From Bigelowiella natans CCMP2755 (lineage: Eukaryota; Protista; Cercozoa): DNA of 64,000 bases. Where the stretch lies: NCBI GenBank assembly GCA_000320545.1, contig ADNK01001596.1, forward strand, positions 1 to 64,000, read 5' to 3'. The notes under the pieces are model-generated. The model did no database searches. It was not told where the DNA came from and saw only the letters and a program-made list of their open reading frames with translations. Of the stretch, positions 59,537 to 64,000 are shown piece by piece. Each line of letters starts with the position of its first letter. Positions within the stretch are counted from its first letter, which is position 1. The position numbers and the translations under genes were made by a program.

Positions 59537-61199
59537 ATGGGGCCAAAGAAGTCGAGAGCTGGCCGCATACGGCGGACTCCCCAACGGAAGAGTAATGCTA
59601 GCGGACAGAAAGAGTCGAATCGGAACGTGCTGTCAAAGAAGGAGATCTCTGAGCTGCTAGAAACCAAAAAGAAGAAGGACGAGAGCCTGAAAAGGTCTGT
59701 TGCTTGTACCTGCACATAAACCAGCTTCGCGGGGTGGACTATCTCTTGTCTCTATTTTTTCATTATGTGATTGGAAATCATAGACTTAAACGACGAAAAT
59801 AATCGAACCGATGCCACTCCCAATCATCTCCAAAAAAATGTATGTTTCGATGCAGCTGTTGATGATGTGTGCCTCACTAATCAGGAAGGCGGAGAACGAG
59901 AGGATAAGGTCGTGGGCTTGCCAAGAGATAGTCTATTTGATTCTCTTCCTCTTCTCCCACCCCTTTCGATCCAAACCGCTACCATACCATCGTACACATA
60001 TCTTGTACTGAGATTTGACTGAAAAAGCAGGTACATGAAGAAAAAGAGAACTCTAAAGGATCTCGAGGTGGGTAGCTACTTGCTACTTGGTAGCCATCTG
60101 CTGCGGCCAGAGATAGAATGCATAACTTATCGCACATCGTACGTGTACTTTAGTGTGGCTCATCATGCTTTTATAATTAATTTGACAGGAGTATGTGTCT
60201 GAGAAATACGACGAGCTCGATGCTCTCGAAAGGCAGCGAAGGTACCACTGCCAAGTAGGGTGTATACCGTGATATCTACCGCTTATGAATTTCTTCCATC
60301 GCTTAACACCAGTTTTGCCTCGATATGTGAACGTTACCTGGTTATACTGATTATCACATTGAAATTTGCATATTTATATAGAAAACTAAAAGGCTGTCCT
60401 TCCTGTGTATTGTCATCGTCCTCGTCCTCCTCATCCCCGTTATCCTTTGCTACCGCACAAACGCCAGGCACTATAATGCACCCATATTCATGATGTTCCA
60501 GTAGAAGAAAAATATTATTTTGTATTTTCCACTCAACTGCCTCTCCCTATTCTCTCCTCTAACTCGACTTCCCCGATTTACTAATCCTGCATTCAGGTAA
60601 TACTACGACGAATCCCAAGGTGGAGGGAGGGGGCGCAGTCGCGACTGCTACAACAATCGGTATTTATCCAACGTCTGCTACTGGGCCTACTCCTCCCGCT
60701 GGAGGAAGAAAAAGAGAGCAGCCAGTTGCAATACCGCTGGCATCGTCTTCGTTGACGGCGTCTTCTTCCTCGTCATCATCCTTGCAGTCAAAATTTAAAG
60801 ACTCTCTAGTCGCGCACAAGGCTATATCCAGGGCTAGAAAAAGATCTTTGTAGGGAAAACACCATTTCATTACGATCATGAGAAGAAGATTTTCCATGAT
60901 TTTATGTTGGCTTGGCCGACATTTTCTCGCCGCAGTGAATAGATATATTTCGAGATAATCCTTCATAGGTGTACAGTTTTAATACCCTCCTGCCTTGCTT
61001 CTTGCTACCCTTTCAGAACATCTATTCTGAGAACAGCATCGACAGCATTGGGTGTTGAAGGTGCTCTTCCCCTCTCCTTCTTCATTCTAATTTATAACGG
61101 AAATTATCACTCTGATAGGGTTAACTCACTCCTACCAGCAGCCAATACAAATGTTCAGCACCCAAACAGCACTCCTATGCCATATTGGGGTGGGAGGAG

Positions 61200-61236
<37 letters not shown>

Positions 61237-62341
61237 GATACGCTTTAGGCTTCACATGCGTGGCAACACTGCATGCATACACAGAAGCCATCATAATTTG
61301 AACGTGTCGGTGTCAGGTGGAGTGTTTGATGATCTCGACGAAATATTCGGAGGCGGCGGCGAGGATGGGGGAAATGATCCATCAGCGGCAGGTGTGAGAT
61401 GCATACATGAATGATATATTGCCTCCTGGCATCCAGTAAAAGTCCTCGTCGGTTTCAGTTTTTGAGGCAGGGACACACAGCTTACATCTGCTCCACTGGT
61501 GTTCTCCTATGTTCTTTGGTGTTGTCGTTTGTGCGGGCTGTCTTAATCCAGAGCTGGATGAGGAGAAGCTGGCATTAGTCGCTGACAGCCTTATTGTTTC
61601 CTACGGGAGGAAGTACTCCGAGGCAAAATTCCTGGTCTTAGCGATAAGAAGAGGACAAATATAGTAACGCCAAGCTATTGGTTTGCCTGTTGGCATTGGT
61701 GTTTGGAAATGGAAATACTACTATGCCCTGCTCCTCTATAATAAGTCTACGTGCGGTATCTGGTGAAATCGAGAGAGTCTTATTGCCCTGCCCTTTGAAT
61801 TGATGGCGGTGGCATGGGTTGTGACACCTGTGCTTCCTCTTGCAGGTTGCGGCTGCAAGAACCCATTCCAGTCTCTGTGCGCCATTTCTGCTGCTTCAGA
61901 TACTCATGTGTGCAGGGTAATGATGGTAGGAACTAATGCGGGAAGGAGGAGGAGAAGTAGGAGGAAGAAAAAGGGAAATCCATCGTATTAATTATCATTT
62001 TTATCACCATTACTACCAACGTCTCTAGGAAAGAGGAGCTTTCGAATCCCAGCACCCTCAGCGGTTGATTCCATCCCCTATCAACCAAGAAAATACATTA
62101 TGCGTAGCCGTAGATACAGCAACCCCTACCCAGCCACATGGTGTGCTCACACGCGTGTACCGCGCACACACTTTCTGCTGTTGCTATCGGTATCAACAGG
62201 TAAGGTAGCAAAAGAAATCCTTTTGAGCAAGGAGCAGATGAAACGTCTCGACGAGCGAAGTCACGCTGCGAGGCTTGAGGTAGGTATATAATGACGATTC
62301 AAGAAGAGGGTGCTAGCAAATAAACTCCTCCCCCCATAGCA

Positions 62342-62378
<37 letters not shown>

Positions 62379-63180
62379 ACACACACACTTACACACATAT
62401 ACACCACATACATACGCTTCACATATTACAATCAGATTCGCAGCCGTGTGGAGGAATTGATGGAACTTGACACAACAAGCAGGGCTATATTCGGCACCAA
62501 CAACACCTACACAGATTTCCAAAATTCTGCAAAGGTCTTAGTAGTTCTTATGATACAAATACGAGAGGGGACAGATAATTGTATTTTTTGTTGTTGTTGA
62601 CCAAGTCGGCATGCATCTACCGGTATAACTTTTATGTCTATAATGCGTGGTTTTTCTAATAATCTGAAGGCTCTAAAAAAGATTCTGCAAAAGTACCCGG
62701 CCAGTAATCGCCCGTTAGAAAGAAAGGTTCTCTCTCCACAAGCTGATGCTTTTGCAGCAAAAGGGACAACAGGCAGATCATCATCATTATCACCGCCAGT
62801 CCCATCATCAGTCCCGCCATCATTGCTGCCACTGCAATCACAAAGAGATGGAGATTTGGAGGGAAGTCGGAGATGGCAAGGTGAGATACAGAGTAGACGT
62901 CTACAAATGGAACAAATTGCAACAAGCCATTATATAAACAAAGTTGTATGTTTATGTTTATCTAGCTTGCCTTGGGACCATAACAGATGTGCTGAGACCA
63001 GATCAGGTTTCGATGCGTGTGCGTTTGTTTATTAACAGTATGGAGAATGGAGCCAATAAATGGAAGCAGGATGGTGATTCCCGACATATTCATTTTGTTC
63101 AGATCGCGGCCATCTGTAGTTACGAGCAAAAGGAGAAGGTGGTTGCACGTTTCGTGAACAGCAACAGCAGTACCTCTTAA
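59537..63180 (+). CDS. Multi-exon hypothetical protein (basic N-terminus, probably nuclear)
   Basis: MGPKKSRAGRIRR start and a series of short GT-AG-bounded coding segments ending near 63180. Confidence 0.45.
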
Positions 63181-63189
63181 TTCAGACAG

Positions 63190-64000
63190 ATCTCTAGATC
63201 TGCTTGCTAAACTTTATTCACTGAGTCTGATATGTAGCCGATTCAACTAGTATAGCTAGCTAGCAGGGACACGATGCTGACAAATCTAGATTTTTTAATT
63301 TCATGCATGTACGCTGTATGTACGCCTGTACAGTGTACATGCTAGTGCGTGTAGCTAGATAGCGCTACGCACAGAATCTCTGCTAGACATCGAATTGCAT
63401 GCGTATACGACATGGCATAATGACAAAATGGTGTAGCACTACTAGCTAGCTAGAGCAATCAACACTGAACAATCGAGCGCACCATGGCGCATCGCATCGC
63501 ACGTCTAGACGTACGTGCATTCTAGCTAGCGCTATGGCGTAGCATGTCTCGTCTCGCAGATTTTTGCGTGCACGATGCATGTGTCTAGTGGACATGCATG
63601 ACGTCTGCGTACTAGATGACGATGTTGTGAAGAAAATGCGCACACATCAGACATCTAGACACGTGCATCGCAGTGTGTCTTCAGCTAGCTGGGCATGGAG
63701 ATCAATGCCATGGCTGTGAGGGGTCATGCGTGATGATGCGTGCGCTGCGTAAGCTAGTGCGGTCGCATCGTGCAGTGCGACCAGATGATTGTGCAACTCT
63801 GGAGCTAGGTGCCGGGATGGGCCGGTGGGCCAATCATGGACACTGGGACGAGCAACACGATGCACCGGTGCACGTGCAGTGCTAGCACATCACACATCTA
63901 GACATGTTGACATCACCAGCTAGATCCATCACTGCTAGTGCACACTGGACTGGCCATCACAATTGACCGATCATTTTGGTGGAAGTGTCACAGGTTGCAT
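63190..64000. other. CTAG-rich tract grading into another TpA-depleted domain
   Basis: After about 63650 almost every TA lies in CTAG, and TGCA/CATG/CACGTG words are abundant. Confidence 0.7.

Noticed and set aside
37931-62400. Scattered (CT)n, (CA)n, (TA)n, (GCA)n, (TGA)n and poly-G/C microsatellites
   Set aside because: Ordinary intronic or low-complexity repeats. They are useful only as evidence that TA persists in genic DNA.

Overview
Intron-rich eukaryotic (protist-type; lineage not provable from sequence) genomic window. About 7-37 kb is a nest of transposons: Ty3/Gypsy element A (9000-15538, +) and a TIR-bounded DNA element D (18839-33439) carrying two related Ty3/Gypsy insertions, intact C (19249-24964, -) and mutated B (26370-32406, +). 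The right half holds ordinary spliced genes: an NBR1-like PB1-RRM-FW-UBA protein, phosphopantothenate-cysteine ligase, an ICL/PEP-mutase family enzyme and a PH-CRIB-STE20 kinase. The main signal is a repeat-associated hypermutation that converts TpA to TpG or CpA (A-to-G on either strand, the reverse of fungal RIP). It removes almost all tyrosine codons, changes RT YVDD to HVDD/RVDD, largely spares CTAG, extends beyond element ends, and has not touched the young element C or the genes. Elements B and C also share a DD27E integrase, an internal polypurine tract and a C-terminal domain resembling a degenerate adenine methyltransferase.
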